The translations under genes were made by a program, and so were the position numbers. From the human T2T-CHM13v2.0 reference genome, Homo sapiens: a stretch of DNA of 64,000 nt. The DNA lies in NCBI RefSeq assembly GCF_009914755.1, contig NC_060932.1; one strand, given 5' to 3'. The notes under the pieces were generated by a model that was given only the letters and a program-made list of their open reading frames with translations, made no database searches and was not told where the DNA came from. Shown piece after piece: positions 38,216-50,795 of this stretch (within the stretch, counting starts at the first letter, position 1; every line of letters begins with the position of its first letter).

Positions 38216-40689
38216 ATCTTTTGAAAAATTGCAATTCAACAGATAATGGACGTATGGGCAAAGCACATTTGTGAGAAGTCAGAATGCTCTCAGCTGGCTC
38301 CAGAGAATAATGTCCCTGGGCCTGTCTTAGCCCTCTGTCCCTAACATCATCACCTCTGTTTTATCCAGCTTGAAACTCAGCCAGTCAACTTTCATGTGAA
38401 ACCCTGGCTCAGCTAGGCACTAGGTGAGCTCTAAAGCTACACTGTTAGAATAGAGGAACAGAAGATGTGGCCCAGAGTATCATTAGTGTCCTGATGATAT
38501 TCTAATATTTGCATTAAGAAATTATAAATATTTTTAATTGAAATTTAGAAATTCCCTGGGCCCAGCCTAATTTGCACAGGAGCTACCTAAAGAAATCTGG
38601 TAGAGATATATTGCAGAGTAAGTGGGAGAAGGTGGATTGATCTTGATTGAAAAGAAGAGTTGAAATAAAAGCTATGTGGTAACATAAGTCATGCATTTCT
38701 AGAGTATTTAAAAATAGATGTATATGATTCCGTAAAATTGAATTTGACTAAATCTTTTTAAAATGACTTCCAAAAAATATACTTTTTTGTGCAAAATAGA
38801 AAGTATCCTCTTTTTTCTCCCTTAGAAATGAGTATAACAAGTAAAACAGAATGCCAAAATATTCTAGTTAAAATGCACGATGTCAGAGATTCATCCCCAT
38901 TGCTATTATGTCAGAGCAGCATGGTATCTAAGAACAATGGAACTAGAATGAACACTTCCAGGCCCAGTCTGCTTTATTTGAGTAGAGCACTTTTCTTAGC
39001 ACTAATTTACCTGATTGACAGCAATATTGGCAGTGGAAAGGAGTATATGGGTATCACTAATGACAAGCAATGGAAGATTTTAGATATTTTTTGATGCCAT
39101 TCAAACTAATATGATATGAGGATCTTTACTAGGATGAGATTCATAATACTTAAAACGGAAATCTAACATGAACAATTTATGCCTGTGTGCAGAAGCGGTT
39201 TTACAACTTTTCTGAAACTAGGCGGGTGATAGCTTATCAACTGGAAAGCATGACAAAGAGGAAAAGCCATCATGAGGATTTTTTGTTCCCCCTTCATCTA
39301 TGATTGGTTACTCAGCCAAAGTTCTCCTTAATGTTGATGGTGCTAGGTCTGTATTAAGCATTGCACTCAATAGGATGCTTGGCAAATGAGATTGCTCTTA
39401 GAAACTGGACAGAAGTGATGTGCTTAAGTACTAGGAGATTACATTAATGTTACCATAAATGGGAAATCAAATTGTCATTGTCTTAGAGGAGTAGAGAGGG
39501 AAAAAATCTATTTAGACCAGACACATCATAAAATTAAGTTACTTCACATAAAATATGAATTACTTGAGTCCCAAGAGAAAACCTTTAAATATAGATAGGC
39601 ATATACAGAGACAGTTTTGACTGTAACAGAAATGAAATGAACTCAGGATCTGATCAGGCCATCACACAAAGACACAGCTCTAATGGGGTGGGGGGCAGTC
39701 TGTTTCTGAGAGAGCAAGGATTTTTTGATGTAGAAAATTTGATGATGAAGGAAAAGAATAAGGGGGTGAGAGAGAAGGTGTCAGTCACACCTTTGCCAAG
39801 TACCATTTCGCATCCCCTAAGTCCAATTCTGATTACTCTTGCCATTTTAGAAGGCTCAAAGCCGGAGAATCTGATGAGAAAATAGACTAAAAGTTGAACC
39901 GCATGTAAACTATTTATAGATTTGCTAGCCCTGAGAAATAGGATGGGAAACAAACAGCAGCAGCAGCAAATTCAAAATTGACTGTAAATCTCAAATAGGA
40001 AGTAGAAGGCTCACATTGGGCATGGTATACCAGGATCAGCTTTAGAGCTAAGATGTATTTTACACATATAAAAAAGAGAACATCTTTCATTAGTTCTCTC
40101 AACTTGTTGAAGAAAAACTGCAGCAGAGAATTGGCACCCACAGAAAAGGCCTGCTACTGAGGCAAAACATTGTTTATATTTTCTGCTTTATCACTGTAAG
40201 TGCTGAAACTATTAGCAGGTTTGCTGAAGTAAAGAGGGTTGTGCGCCAAATGTATGAGTAGGGCCAGAGCTTGCAGGACTCAAATGTCAACTTTCTTTAG
40301 CCCCAGGCAGGTACTTTATCCTTTGTGGCTCAATTTAATCTTTCTACATAGCTCAGTGGAAAACTATACTATCTCCCTCAACAGAATTGCTAGTAGCCTA
40401 GGGACACTCATGCCATCTTCATGTCCCCTGGTCATCTGATACCAGGAGACAAAGCAAACAGCTTTACATGGGGAAGAGATCAGGCAATGTTTTAGGTGGG
40501 AGTCTTGAGCCTAGGGGCATTATCTTAGTGGCCCTGGGCATTTTACACTCTATATTCTTGTGTGCTAACAGAGGCAATGTTTAAAATGGTAGAGCAGCTC
40601 TCTACTGAGTTACTATCAACTACTGAAAGTTCTTCCTACGTGTAAATATGTCCTCAGTTTCAGTTGTGCCAGTTACATTTTATTCATAT

Positions 40690-41172
40690 TTTCACTCACT
40701 GAAACACATTTTGAGAACAAACACAATGATGGGCACTGTGCTTGATAAGGTGATAAAATTTTTTAAAATAAAATATATAGCCCAGTCTTCAAGAATGTAA
40801 CCATCTAATGGAGGAAGAAGATGTATAAACAAATATTTCCATGTAGTGTGATAAGAACTATAAGAGGTCACATGTTCTGTGAGTAGCAAGGAAGGGAGTA
40901 GTGGACCTGAAGTTAGGAAGCTGGAGAAAGTTACACAAAGATACCGATATTTGAACCAGGTTTTGAAGAATGAGGTTAGGGGTCACTATATGGTAGTTAT
41001 GTGAGAGATGTTCTTATAGGAGTTTAAAAGTAGGGCGAAGGCTCAGAGAAATGGAAAACATGTTGTCTTCAGAATAATTAGAGATGTTTAATGTATGAGA
41101 TGGGGACCAACAAAAGATGAAGTTAGAAAGGTAGGTTGGGAGGTTAAAAGGGCTTTGGATGCAGTTCTAATG
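40690..41172 (-). mobile_element. L2 relic
   Basis: ttcactcactgaaacacattttgag...atttgaaccaggttttgaagaatgagg. Confidence 0.7.
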
Positions 41173-41269
41173 CAGGGTCTCAACAGATTAGTTCATCACA
41201 GAATCGTTACATGCCTTGCTTTCCCAAGATGTCACTCCTGTATTTATATTGTTTCCTTGGAATCATAAA

Positions 41270-41538
41270 TTTTTTTTAAATTTTATAATTATTATACTTT
41301 AAGTTTTAGGGTACATGTGCACAACGTGCAGGTTTGTTACATATGTATACATGTGCCATGTTGGTGTGCTGCACTCATTAACTCGTCATTTAGCATTAGG
41401 TATATCTCCTAATGCTATCCCTCCCCCTCCCCCCACCCCACAACAGTCCCCAGTGTGTGATGTTCCCCTTTCTCTGTCCATTTGTTCTCATTGTTCAGTT
41501 CCCACCTATGAGTGAGAACATGCGGTGTTTGGTTTTTT
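41270..41538 (-). mobile_element. L1PA (PA4/5-like) 3' end, about 270 bp
   Basis: attatactttaagttttagggtacatgtgcacaacgtgcagg...gagaacatgcggtgtttggttttt. Confidence 0.95.
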
Positions 41539-41557
41539 AACCTTTCTTATGGATCAT

Positions 41558-41590
<33 letters not shown>
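41558..41590. repeat. (TCTA)n tetranucleotide repeat
   Basis: About 8 units. Confidence 0.9.
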
Positions 41591-41764
41591 ACATAGCTAT
41601 ATTAGCATTTACCATCTTTAATTTAAAAATTCTTCCTTAATGCTTGGTTCTTTCCCACTCATCCCTCTGAGCTACTGTCTATATCTGTCTATACCTATAT
41701 TTACCTTCACAGACACTTTTCAATATTATCTACTTAGTACGAGTGGACTCAGCCCCTTACCAGC

Positions 41765-42116
41765 TGTTAGGGACTGCATGTTTATGCTTCCCCCAAATTC
41801 ATAATACCAATGTGACAGTATTTGGAGGTGGGCTTTTTGGGAGGCAATTAGATTATAACAGTAGAGCCCTCATGATGGGATTAGTGCCCTTGTAAGAAGA
41901 GACAAGAGAGAGCTTGCTTCCTCTCTCTTCTCTCTTTCCACTATGAGGACACAGCAGGAAGACAGCTATTTACAAACCAGGAAAAGGGTAAGAACCCAAC
42001 CACTCTGGCTCCCTTATCTTGGACTTCACAGCCTCAAAATCTGAGGAATAAATTTCTGTTGTTTAAATCACCTAGTCAATGATAATTTGTTATAACAACC
42101 CAAACTCACTAAGACA
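41765..42116 (+). mobile_element. MLT1A-type MaLR solo LTR inserted in a MIR
   Basis: TG...CA ends (tgttagggactg...actaagaca), gatgggattagtgcccttgtaagaagaga, AATAAA; MIR sequence on both sides. Confidence 0.88.
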
Positions 42117-42158
42117 GTAGCTAAGACTCTCTGAGTCTCAGTTTTTTCATCTTTAAAA

Positions 42159-42306
42159 TGGAGATAACCCATTCCTGGGTTTAAATATAGTGCCAACTAC
42201 TACATATAGTACTACTATTTATGTGATACTACTGGAGATAACCCATTCCTGGGTTTAAATATAGTGCCAACTACTACATATAGTACTACTATTTATATGG
42301 CATTAC
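42159..42306. repeat. 74-bp tandem duplication
   Basis: tggagataacccattcctgggtttaaatatagtgccaactactacatatagtactactatttat starts at both 42159 and 42233. Confidence 0.95.
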
Positions 42307-42438
42307 TGGGTTTATTATAAGAAAATACATATTTATATATGAAATATATAGATTATAGCTATTTTACAATTATACAATATATAAAAATCTATAGTTATAA
42401 AGAAATATACATTATAAGTTACTAATATATATATGTAA

Positions 42439-42786
<348 letters not shown>

Positions 42787-43950
42787 AATATTATACAATT
42801 TTAGTTTATGATGATGATGATGATTTTCTGCCTACATTACTATTTGGGCTTCGTTGTCCACAGTCTGCTACTACTATATCAGATACTTCTGGTGCTGTAC
42901 CTCACATCTTTTTGAATCACCTTTCTTTTCTCAGTTATTGTTGAGCAACCAGTTTGGCACATGAGTATCACAGCAGTATCTGGCCTTACCTGTACCAAGT
43001 ATCTCTGTCCCTCTTTGTATTAGCTTTATTGAGGTATAATTGACATACAGTAAATTGAACATGCTTAAGGTGCACAATTTGATAAATTTTGACACATGAA
43101 TATATCTGTAAAGCCAACATCACAACCAAAATAACAAACAAAGCCCTCACCCCTCAAAGTTTTCCTATGCCCCTTTTCAGTCCCTTCCTTCTGTACCCTC
43201 TGCTACTACCCCCGCAGTCAACCACTGATCTGCTTTCTGCCACTACAAATTCATTGGCACCTCTAGGATTTTATGTAAATGAAACAATAAAATATGCAGT
43301 TTCTTTAACTATCTTCTGTCCCTGTACATACTGCTTGAGAGGATTATCTGTGTTGTTGTAGATACTAGTAGTACTTCCCTTTATACTGAATAGTGTTTTC
43401 TTAAATGATAATATACCCAATCATATTGATGCCCATTTGTATTATTTACAGCTTTTGGCTGTTAAAACCAGCTATGCATATTTAGGTACAAATCTTTTAT
43501 GGAAACGCGCTTTTATTTTTCTTGAGTAACCTTGGAGTACAATGGCTGTTCCGTGCAGTAGGTGTAAGACTACCTTTTTAAAGAATCCACTGAACTGCTC
43601 TTGACCGGGAATGAATGAGAGTTCCAGTGGCTCTACATCCCTGCCAACACCTGGTATGTGTGGTGAGTCATTTTAAATTTAGGCATGCTAATAGTTGTAG
43701 TTAATTGAGATTTTGATTTACATTTCCCTCATTACTAATAATGGTGACCATCTTTTCATGTGCTTACTTGCCATTCATATAACTTCTTTGGTGTATGAGT
43801 ATATTCAAATTTTTGCCTATTTTCTAATTGTGTCTTTCTGTTATTACTGAGTTTTAACAGTTTCTTATATATTACAGATATTAGCCCTTTATTACGTAAA
43901 TGATTTGCAAATATTATCTCCCAGTCAATGGCTTGTCTTTTCATTCTCTC

Positions 43951-44181
43951 TTTTTTTAAAAATAATAAATCTTATTTTGTATATATGAGGTTTACAGCAT
44001 GACTTTTAGGCTATGTATAGATAGTAAAATGGTTACTGTATTGAAGCATACTAACCTGTCATCTAACAGTTGCCTTTTTTGTGTGACAAGAGCAGCTAAA
44101 ATCTACTTATTTGAGAGGAATTCCTAATACAATAGAATGTTGTTAGCTCTAGTCCTCATGTTGCACATTAGACCCCTAGGT

Positions 44182-44220
<39 letters not shown>

Positions 44221-44438
44221 TTGAGACAGAGTCTCCTACGCTTATTTATCCTTATATCTGCTACTTGTATTGTTTGACCTCCATCTCCCCATTTCCTACC
44301 TCCACTCCCCCTAACCACTGTTTTATCCTTTTTCTCTGTATATTTGACCATTTTGAAAAAAGATTCCTCATATAAGTGAGATCATGTAATTTTTTTTTCT
44401 GTGTTTGGCTTATTTGACTTAGCATAATGTCCTCCAGG
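43951..44438 (-). mobile_element. L1MA5A-like 3' end nested in the older L1
   Basis: gtgacaagagcagctaaaatctactt...cttagcataatgtcctccagg. Confidence 0.75.
44181..44235 (-). mobile_element. Ultra-truncated Alu: last ~13 nt plus a (TAAA)n tail
   Basis: (ttta)10 followed by ttgagacagagtctc, between ctaggtttatt and ctacgcttatt. Confidence 0.65.
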
Positions 44439-45372
44439 TCTAGTGTCATGCCTAGAAAATTATTGCCTAACCCCAAATCACTTAAGTTTCTCCTATGTTT
44501 TCTTTTAGAAATTTTACAGCTTTTCGATTTACATTTCGGGTAATGATTCACTTTGAGTTAATTTTTTATATATATGTTATGAATTATGGATTGAACTTCT
44601 TTTTTTCTTTTCATTTCCTTCTTTTCAATAGGATATTCATTGTTTCAAGTACCATTTGTTAAATAAAAGACTTCTTTCACTAAGAATCATTTTTGTCAAT
44701 ATTTGTTGTTCATATGTGTAGATATAATTCTGGAATCTCTATTCTTTGCTGTTGGTATACTTATCTATCTTGACATCAATACCATACTCTCTTGATTACT
44801 GTAGCTTTATGTCTTTAATTCAGATAGAGTTTGTCTTCAACTTTGCTCTTCTTTTTCAATTTTATTTTGGCTCTCCTAGAGTCCTTTGTATCTCTATGTA
44901 AATTTAAGAGTAAGCTTGTCAATTACTGTGAAAAAGAAAAAAAACTTGCCCAGATTTTGTTTGGGGTTGAGTTGAATCTATAGACCAATTTGGAGAAAAT
45001 TGACATCCTAACAATATTAAGTCTTCTAATGCACAAACACAATATACCTTTCCATTTATGTAGGTTTTTAAAACTATATTACATAAATATTTGTAGTTTT
45101 TCACAGCACAAGTTTTGCATATATTGTGTCTAACTTATCCTTACATATTTCATGTTTTGATACCATTGCAAATTATGTTGTTTTTATTTTAATTTCTGAG
45201 TGCTAGTGTACCAAAAAATAATTGATCTGGGGATATTAATCTTATATCTTGGAGCCCTGCTAAATTCCTATAAGTTCTAGTAGCTTTGTGTAGACTCCAC
45301 AGGATTTTCTGCAAAGATGCTGCCTGTGAATAATTTTACTACTTCTTCCTTTTCAATCTGAAGTCTTTTATA

Positions 45373-45833
45373 TATTTTTTCTTTTCTTTTAGAGACAAAG
45401 TCTTGCTCTATCACCCAGGCTGGAGCCCAGACTATGGCATGACCATAGCTCACCATAACTTTGAATTCCTGGGCTCAAGTGATTCTCCTGCCTCAGGCTC
45501 TTGAGTAGCTAGGACTACAGGTGTGTACTATGGTGCCTGACTAATTTATGTTTTTATTAAAGATAAGGTCTTGCTATGTTGCACCTGGCAGTTCTCAAGC
45601 TCCTGAGCTCAAGCAATTCTCCCACATCAGCCTCCCAAGTATCTGAGTCTTCAGGTGCACACCATAATGTCTGGCTAATTTTTATTATTTATTATTTATT
45701 TATTTATTTATTTATTTTTGCAGAGATGGGGACTTGCTATGTTGCCCAGGCTCGTCTTGAACTCCTGGCCTCAAGTGATTTTCCCCTCTCCCCCCAAAGC
45801 ACTGGGATTACAGGAGTGAGACACCACACCGAG
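45373..45833 (-). mobile_element. AluJ-type trimer (left arm + hybrid arm + right arm)
   Basis: Three 7SL-derived monomers separated by two A-rich linkers. Confidence 0.85.
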
Positions 45834-46394
45834 TAAAATGTACTAATTTTTGTAATGCTAAACTAACCTTGCATTCCTGACATAAATACCACTAGATTAT
45901 GATGTATTATATATTTTAAGTGTTCATAGATTTACCTTGCTGAATTTTAAGAATGTTTACATCTATGTGCATAAGGAATACTGGTCTGTAGTTTTCATTT
46001 CTTGTAATAGTTGTCTGAATTTGGTATCAAGGAAACTACTGTCTCATAGCATCGGTTCAGAAATATTCCCATCTCTTCATTTTTCTGGAAAAGTTGGTTG
46101 AATTAATATTATATCTTCTTTAAATATCAGTTAGACTATTCCAGGGAAGTCATTGAGGCCTAGAGTTTTCTTCATGGGAATATATTTAACTACAAATTCA
46201 ATTTATTTCATGGATATAAGGCTATTGTGGTTATTTATGCTTTCTTGTGTAAGCTTTGGTAGTTTGTGTCTTTCCAGGATTTTTTTTTTCATTTCATCTA
46301 AGTCATCAAATGTATAAGCATAAAGTTGTCCACAATATTCCCTTATTATCTTTTTACTATCTTTAGATAGAGAAGGCTGTTGATGAACATAAAT

Positions 46395-47120
46395 TATAAC
46401 CTTAGTCCCAGTTGCAGCAGTGGGGACTATAGCTTACTCAATTAATCCCTCAATATTAAATGTGTTGTAGAAATTAAGGCCATTCATTACCTTGAGGATC
46501 CTGCAATAAACTAAGCACATATGAGTGGTGCAAGGAATGGATAGTTTCAGGCCTTATTATGCCCCATCTTACATTCTTTATGGTCACCTTTTATTTCACG
46601 TATTGCTATGGCAACCAGCTTTCTGCAAATACAACCAAACAATACCTTGTCTCTATCTGTACCTCATATCTCTATCTTCCTGCTCTGATGTTTCTTTGAT
46701 TCCATTAAAGACAGCATCTCTCAATAGTGGAGCTTGTGAAAACCTGGAACTGTAACACTCCATGAACAACCTTTGACCACTGGGGAAGGAAAGCCTATAG
46801 ATAGATGTTCTTCTCTTCTATCCCACAGGCAGTCAATCCTGAGGCACATTCTACACAGCTTCTCAGAAGGTTCCAGGCCTCCCATGTAGAATGTGCCTTA
46901 GGATTGACTGCCTGTGGGATGGAAGAGAAGAATATTTATCTATAGGCTAAGTGTTGATGAGCTTAGTGCATGCTTGTATTGACTTTCCCTCTTTTTCTGT
47001 TTCATTCTTATCAATCTTACATTCCTAGTCCCTGGCATCATAAACCAAAATAAACTACCTTTATTGTCGCCTTCGTTTTAGACTGTGCTATCTTTGGGTA
47101 GAGGGTCAGGGTGAGTAACA
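46395..47120 (+). mobile_element. ERVL remnant: ERV3-16A3-like internal 3' end plus an LTR16-family LTR (from about 46542)
   Basis: agtcccagttgcagcagtggggact...gcaaggaatgga (PPT-like), then LTR16 motifs ctgaggcacattctacacag and cctggcatcataaaccaaaataaactac. Confidence 0.7.
46792..46948. repeat. Inverted repeat with 64-bp arms and a 29-nt spacer
   Basis: 46792-46855 versus reverse complement of 46885-46948: 60/64 identical. Confidence 0.97.
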
Positions 47121-47149
47121 CAAATGAAAAATTCACCCATGACATGTAC

Positions 47150-48446
47150 GATGGTAATTTCTCTCTCCTCATTTTATTCCATCTCTCAGAAACATTAGAC
47201 AAGAGTTGACCATTCTCTCTTGTGACACATTTCACTCTCTTGGTTTCTGTGATGTACATTCACATGGGACTTTTCTACTACCTTAGTGGTTTGTCCATCT
47301 GAGTGTACTGCATTAGTGTAACATTTTATATTCCACCTGTAAGTGTTGGAATGTTTCAGAGTTCGGTCCTTGAACACTTTTTATCTAAAATATCTTATCT
47401 AGTCCCTTGGCTGTCATCAAAATGCCAACAAAGCCCATATTTGTATCTCCAACCATGATCTTCCCACTGACCTCTGGACTCCAATTCATTTGCAGCTGCA
47501 TGTGCTTGACTCCTCTGCTTGAATGTATAGTGGGCTTCTCAAAATTATCTCATGGAAAACTAATTTCTAAAACTTTCTGAACCAATCCTCTGAGTCAGCC
47601 ATATTGCTCAAGACTGAGTTAGGTTCTTTCATTTATATTCCAAGTACAACCCATAAGCAAGTCCCATCAGCTCTACCTTAAAAGTATATATCACACATCC
47701 ATCACTTCTGTTCATCTTTACTGCCATCCTTCCCATCATCTTTACTACCTATTCTAGGCCATTATCATCTTTCACTTAAACCATGATAATAGTTTCCTAA
47801 TTGGTGTTCCAGCTTCTATTCTTGCTCCCTAGAATTTATACTCTGCACAGTAGAGAGAATGACGTCTTAAATTCATTAATCAGACATGTCATTTCCTGGC
47901 TTAAAACCCTCCAAAAAGCTTTCTGCTGCACTTAGAATAAATCTAATGACCTACTATAACCTTCGAGACCCTACATGAACTAGTTGCTGCCTGCCCGTCT
48001 GACCTCATCATCTATGATGCTCCACCTCTCTTATTATGCTACAGCCACAATGGCCTTTTGACTAATCTATGAATTTATCATATTCCTGCCTTAGGGCATT
48101 CTTACTTTCTGTCTCCTCTGCCTGGAACAAGCTGCCATCATATCTTCATAGAGCTGGATCCTTGTTGTTTGTTTCAACTCAAATGTCACCTCCTTAGAGA
48201 GAGGCCTTCGAGTCTATCTACTATACCATATTCTCATGCCTACTCAATCTATATCATATTTTCCTAATTTTATGGACTTATCACTAGCAAAAATGGCTAT
48301 GTTCATTAATTTGTTAATTGCTTATTGTTTCTTCCTCCCTTGGGAATGCAAGCTCCATCAGAGCACTTACATTCTTACACTAAAATACATCTAGTGCCCA
48401 ACATCCTACCTAGGTGGGTTTTAATAAACATATATTGAATGAAATA
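47150..48446 (+). mobile_element. L2a 3' region
   Basis: gttgaccattctctcttg...atgtcatttcctggcttaaaaccctcca...aaatgtcacctccttagagag...aataaacatatattgaatgaa. Confidence 0.85.
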
Positions 48447-49324
48447 AGAGATTTCACTTCAAAGCAAGGTTCTACTTTAAAAAAAAACTTAACACTATGG
48501 CTCCTACTCTGACATGCGGTTAAATATTTACTCTTTGCAATTCTGTCAGTCTTATCTAATCTCACCTTCATTTTTTCCCTTAGTAACTTCCTCCACAATT
48601 CCTAAATCATGGAACTATATTACAGTAATTAAAGAAGTATATGCACATAGCTATTCCTTACTTGATGTGCCTATTCGTGGATATCATTCTCCTGGCTCAT
48701 TATGTATTAGATACAAATTGAAATAGTGTTGTATAGTTGGAAAAATACCAAGTTGAGGTTGAAAGGTTAATCTTCTAGTATCAGTTCATTAATTTGTAAT
48801 ACAGTTATAAAGTAGGACTGTTTTGCCTCCATGCTAACTAAAGTCCCTAAAGAAATACAACTGCAGAAGAAAGCACTCACACCTTTCAAAAGAAGGCATT
48901 TGAACGCTTATGAAGGATTTGCAAAGGTCTGGCCCCACACCAGTTTTATGGTTTTCAGCCCACAATCACTCAAGCAAGTAAAACAACTGAGTATGAAGGT
49001 ACTGGAAGAGAGGGTGTCTTTGGAGAAAGCTATTGCGGTTTGTGGTGTTTTCCCTGAGCTCCTTCTGGGAGAGGATTGAGTGTTGCTTCCCTTCACTGAA
49101 GCCATGGGGGAGGTGCCTCAAGTAGCCCACCTACAAAACCTGCTTCATGAGCCCTTCAACTTGAGTAACATGGCTGGTGTCTATAAAATGCTCCTGGTGT
49201 CAGAGTGGTGGCAACACTGTGAGCAAGCTGAGGGTAGGTCAGAGTTGTATATGTATCAAATGAACTGAGGAAGGGCCCATTGGAAGAGAACAGGCCCAAG
49301 GATTATTTTAAAGGAAGCCCAGGT

Positions 49325-49615
49325 GGCCAGAAATGGTGGCTTACACCTGTAATCCTAGCAGTTTGGGAGATGGGAAGGTCACTTAAGCCCAGGGGTCGAA
49401 GACCAGCCTTAGAAACATAGTGATACCCTGTCTCTACAAAAAATAGAAAAATTAGCCGGGTCTGGTGGCATGCACCTGCAGTCCCAGCTACTCAGGAAGC
49501 TGAGGCAGGAAGATAACTTGAGCCCAGGAGGTTGAGGCTGCAGTGATCCATGATAGCACCACTGCACTCTAGCCTGGGTGATGGAGCAAGACCCTGTCTT
49601 TAAATAAATAAGTAA
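49325..49615 (+). mobile_element. AluJ
   Basis: cttgagcccaggaggttgaggctgcagtga (J-diagnostic); flanks aaggaagcccag / aaagaaacccag. Confidence 0.93.
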
Positions 49616-49657
49616 GTTAATTAAAGAAACCCAGAAGAGATTCTTGAAAGACTCCAC

Positions 49658-49738
49658 AGCTTCTGCAATCTGTAACATGCCACAGGCAGCCATCTATAGC
49701 TGCTAGCAGCCTGTGGAATGTTACGGATTGCAGAAGCT
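49658..49738. repeat. Inverted repeat with 30-bp arms and a 21-nt spacer
   Basis: agcttctgcaatctgtaacatgccacaggc versus reverse complement of gcctgtggaatgttacggattgcagaagct: 28/30 identical. Confidence 0.95.
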
Positions 49739-49869
49739 ACAGGGTGTTGTAGACATCTAACTGGAGAAGAGGTATCACCCAGTGTCAAAGGAATTGCTGT
49801 GAGACATTCTCCATGGATATGATTCTTAGGAACTCATAGAAAAAAGATTTAGCTTTAAATGCCTTCAGT

Positions 49870-50435
49870 TAGCATTACACTGTATGGTAGAGACTGAATA
49901 TTTTCCCCAAGATAGAGGACAAGGTAAAGATGTGCACTGTTACCACTTCTATTCAACTTTGTACTGGACGCCCCACTCAGTATGATGAGGCAAGGAAAAC
50001 TAAAAAGGGGCACCTTTAATTGCAAAAATCAGCAAACAACCCTTGTTAATATGGCACTTTTATACATGAAATTTGTCACTTTTATGCATTGGAATACTAA
50101 ACAACAACAACAAAAATTTACTAGTTTATGTAACAACATAAATGACTTTAAAAGCATTGTGCCAAATGAAAGGAGCCAGACACAAAGGCTGTATACTCTA
50201 TGATTCCATATATATATGACATTTGGTGAAAGGCAAAACAGCAGGGAGAATAATCGTATCAGTTGCAGAGGGAGATATTTGACTAGGAAGAGGCAAAAGT
50301 GAACTTTTTGGGGTAATAGACTATGTCCATGTCTTGACTGTGGGAGTAGTTACCTGAGTGTATATGGTTGTCAAAGCGCATACTGTCCTCTTAAAAGGGT
50401 GAATTTTTCTCAAGAAACTCAATAAATTTGACTGA
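49870..50435 (+). mobile_element. Old L1 fragments (RT piece joined to an L1MD/ME-type 3'UTR)
   Basis: accacttctattcaactttgtactgga (RT region) and gaaaggagccagacacaaaggctgtatactctatgattcc (3'UTR). Confidence 0.75.
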
Positions 50436-50659
50436 AAAAATGAATCATGCCATATGTGGTAATAGAGATAAGTAGAATAGGTGAAGAGAACATTGACAAG
50501 GGAAATATAACCTGCAATAGGGTGTTGAAATGCTCTGATATAAATGCAGGGTCTGTATTTATCATCCACAAGGCATTGAGCTTTGAGTGGTCAAACAAAA
50601 TACCTAAGCTGCTGAGGCTGAAGAGGATGTTGGACCACACTATATGAAAGTATCAATAC

Positions 50660-50795
50660 ACAATGTTTCTGTCCACTTGACTGTACGCTCCCTGAAAGCA
50701 GAGATTTGGTCTCATTCATTTTGTTATTCCCTGTGCTTAGCACAATGTTTGGAAATTCATAAGCGCACCACAAACCCTTCTTGATTGACAGACTG
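50660..50795 (+). mobile_element. L2 3' end
   Basis: gactgtacgctccctgaaagcagagatttggtctc...gtgcttagcacaatgtttgg. Confidence 0.7.

Larger units (their letters stand above)
43016..46365 (-). mobile_element. Old L1 (L1MD/MC-type) 3' portion, interrupted by an L1MA fragment and Alus
   Basis: agctttattgaggtataattgacatacag 3' end; ORF2 remnant MKRQAIDWEIIFANH..KGLIS.IYKKL. Confidence 0.85.

Noticed and set aside
38474-38503. 13-bp hairpin agagtatcattag-tgtc-ctgatgatattct
   Set aside because: Too short and AT-rich to distinguish from chance
48831-49268. Clustered 60-80 aa ORFs
   Set aside because: No recognisable protein or splice structure; probably an ancient LTR-like relic that I could not name
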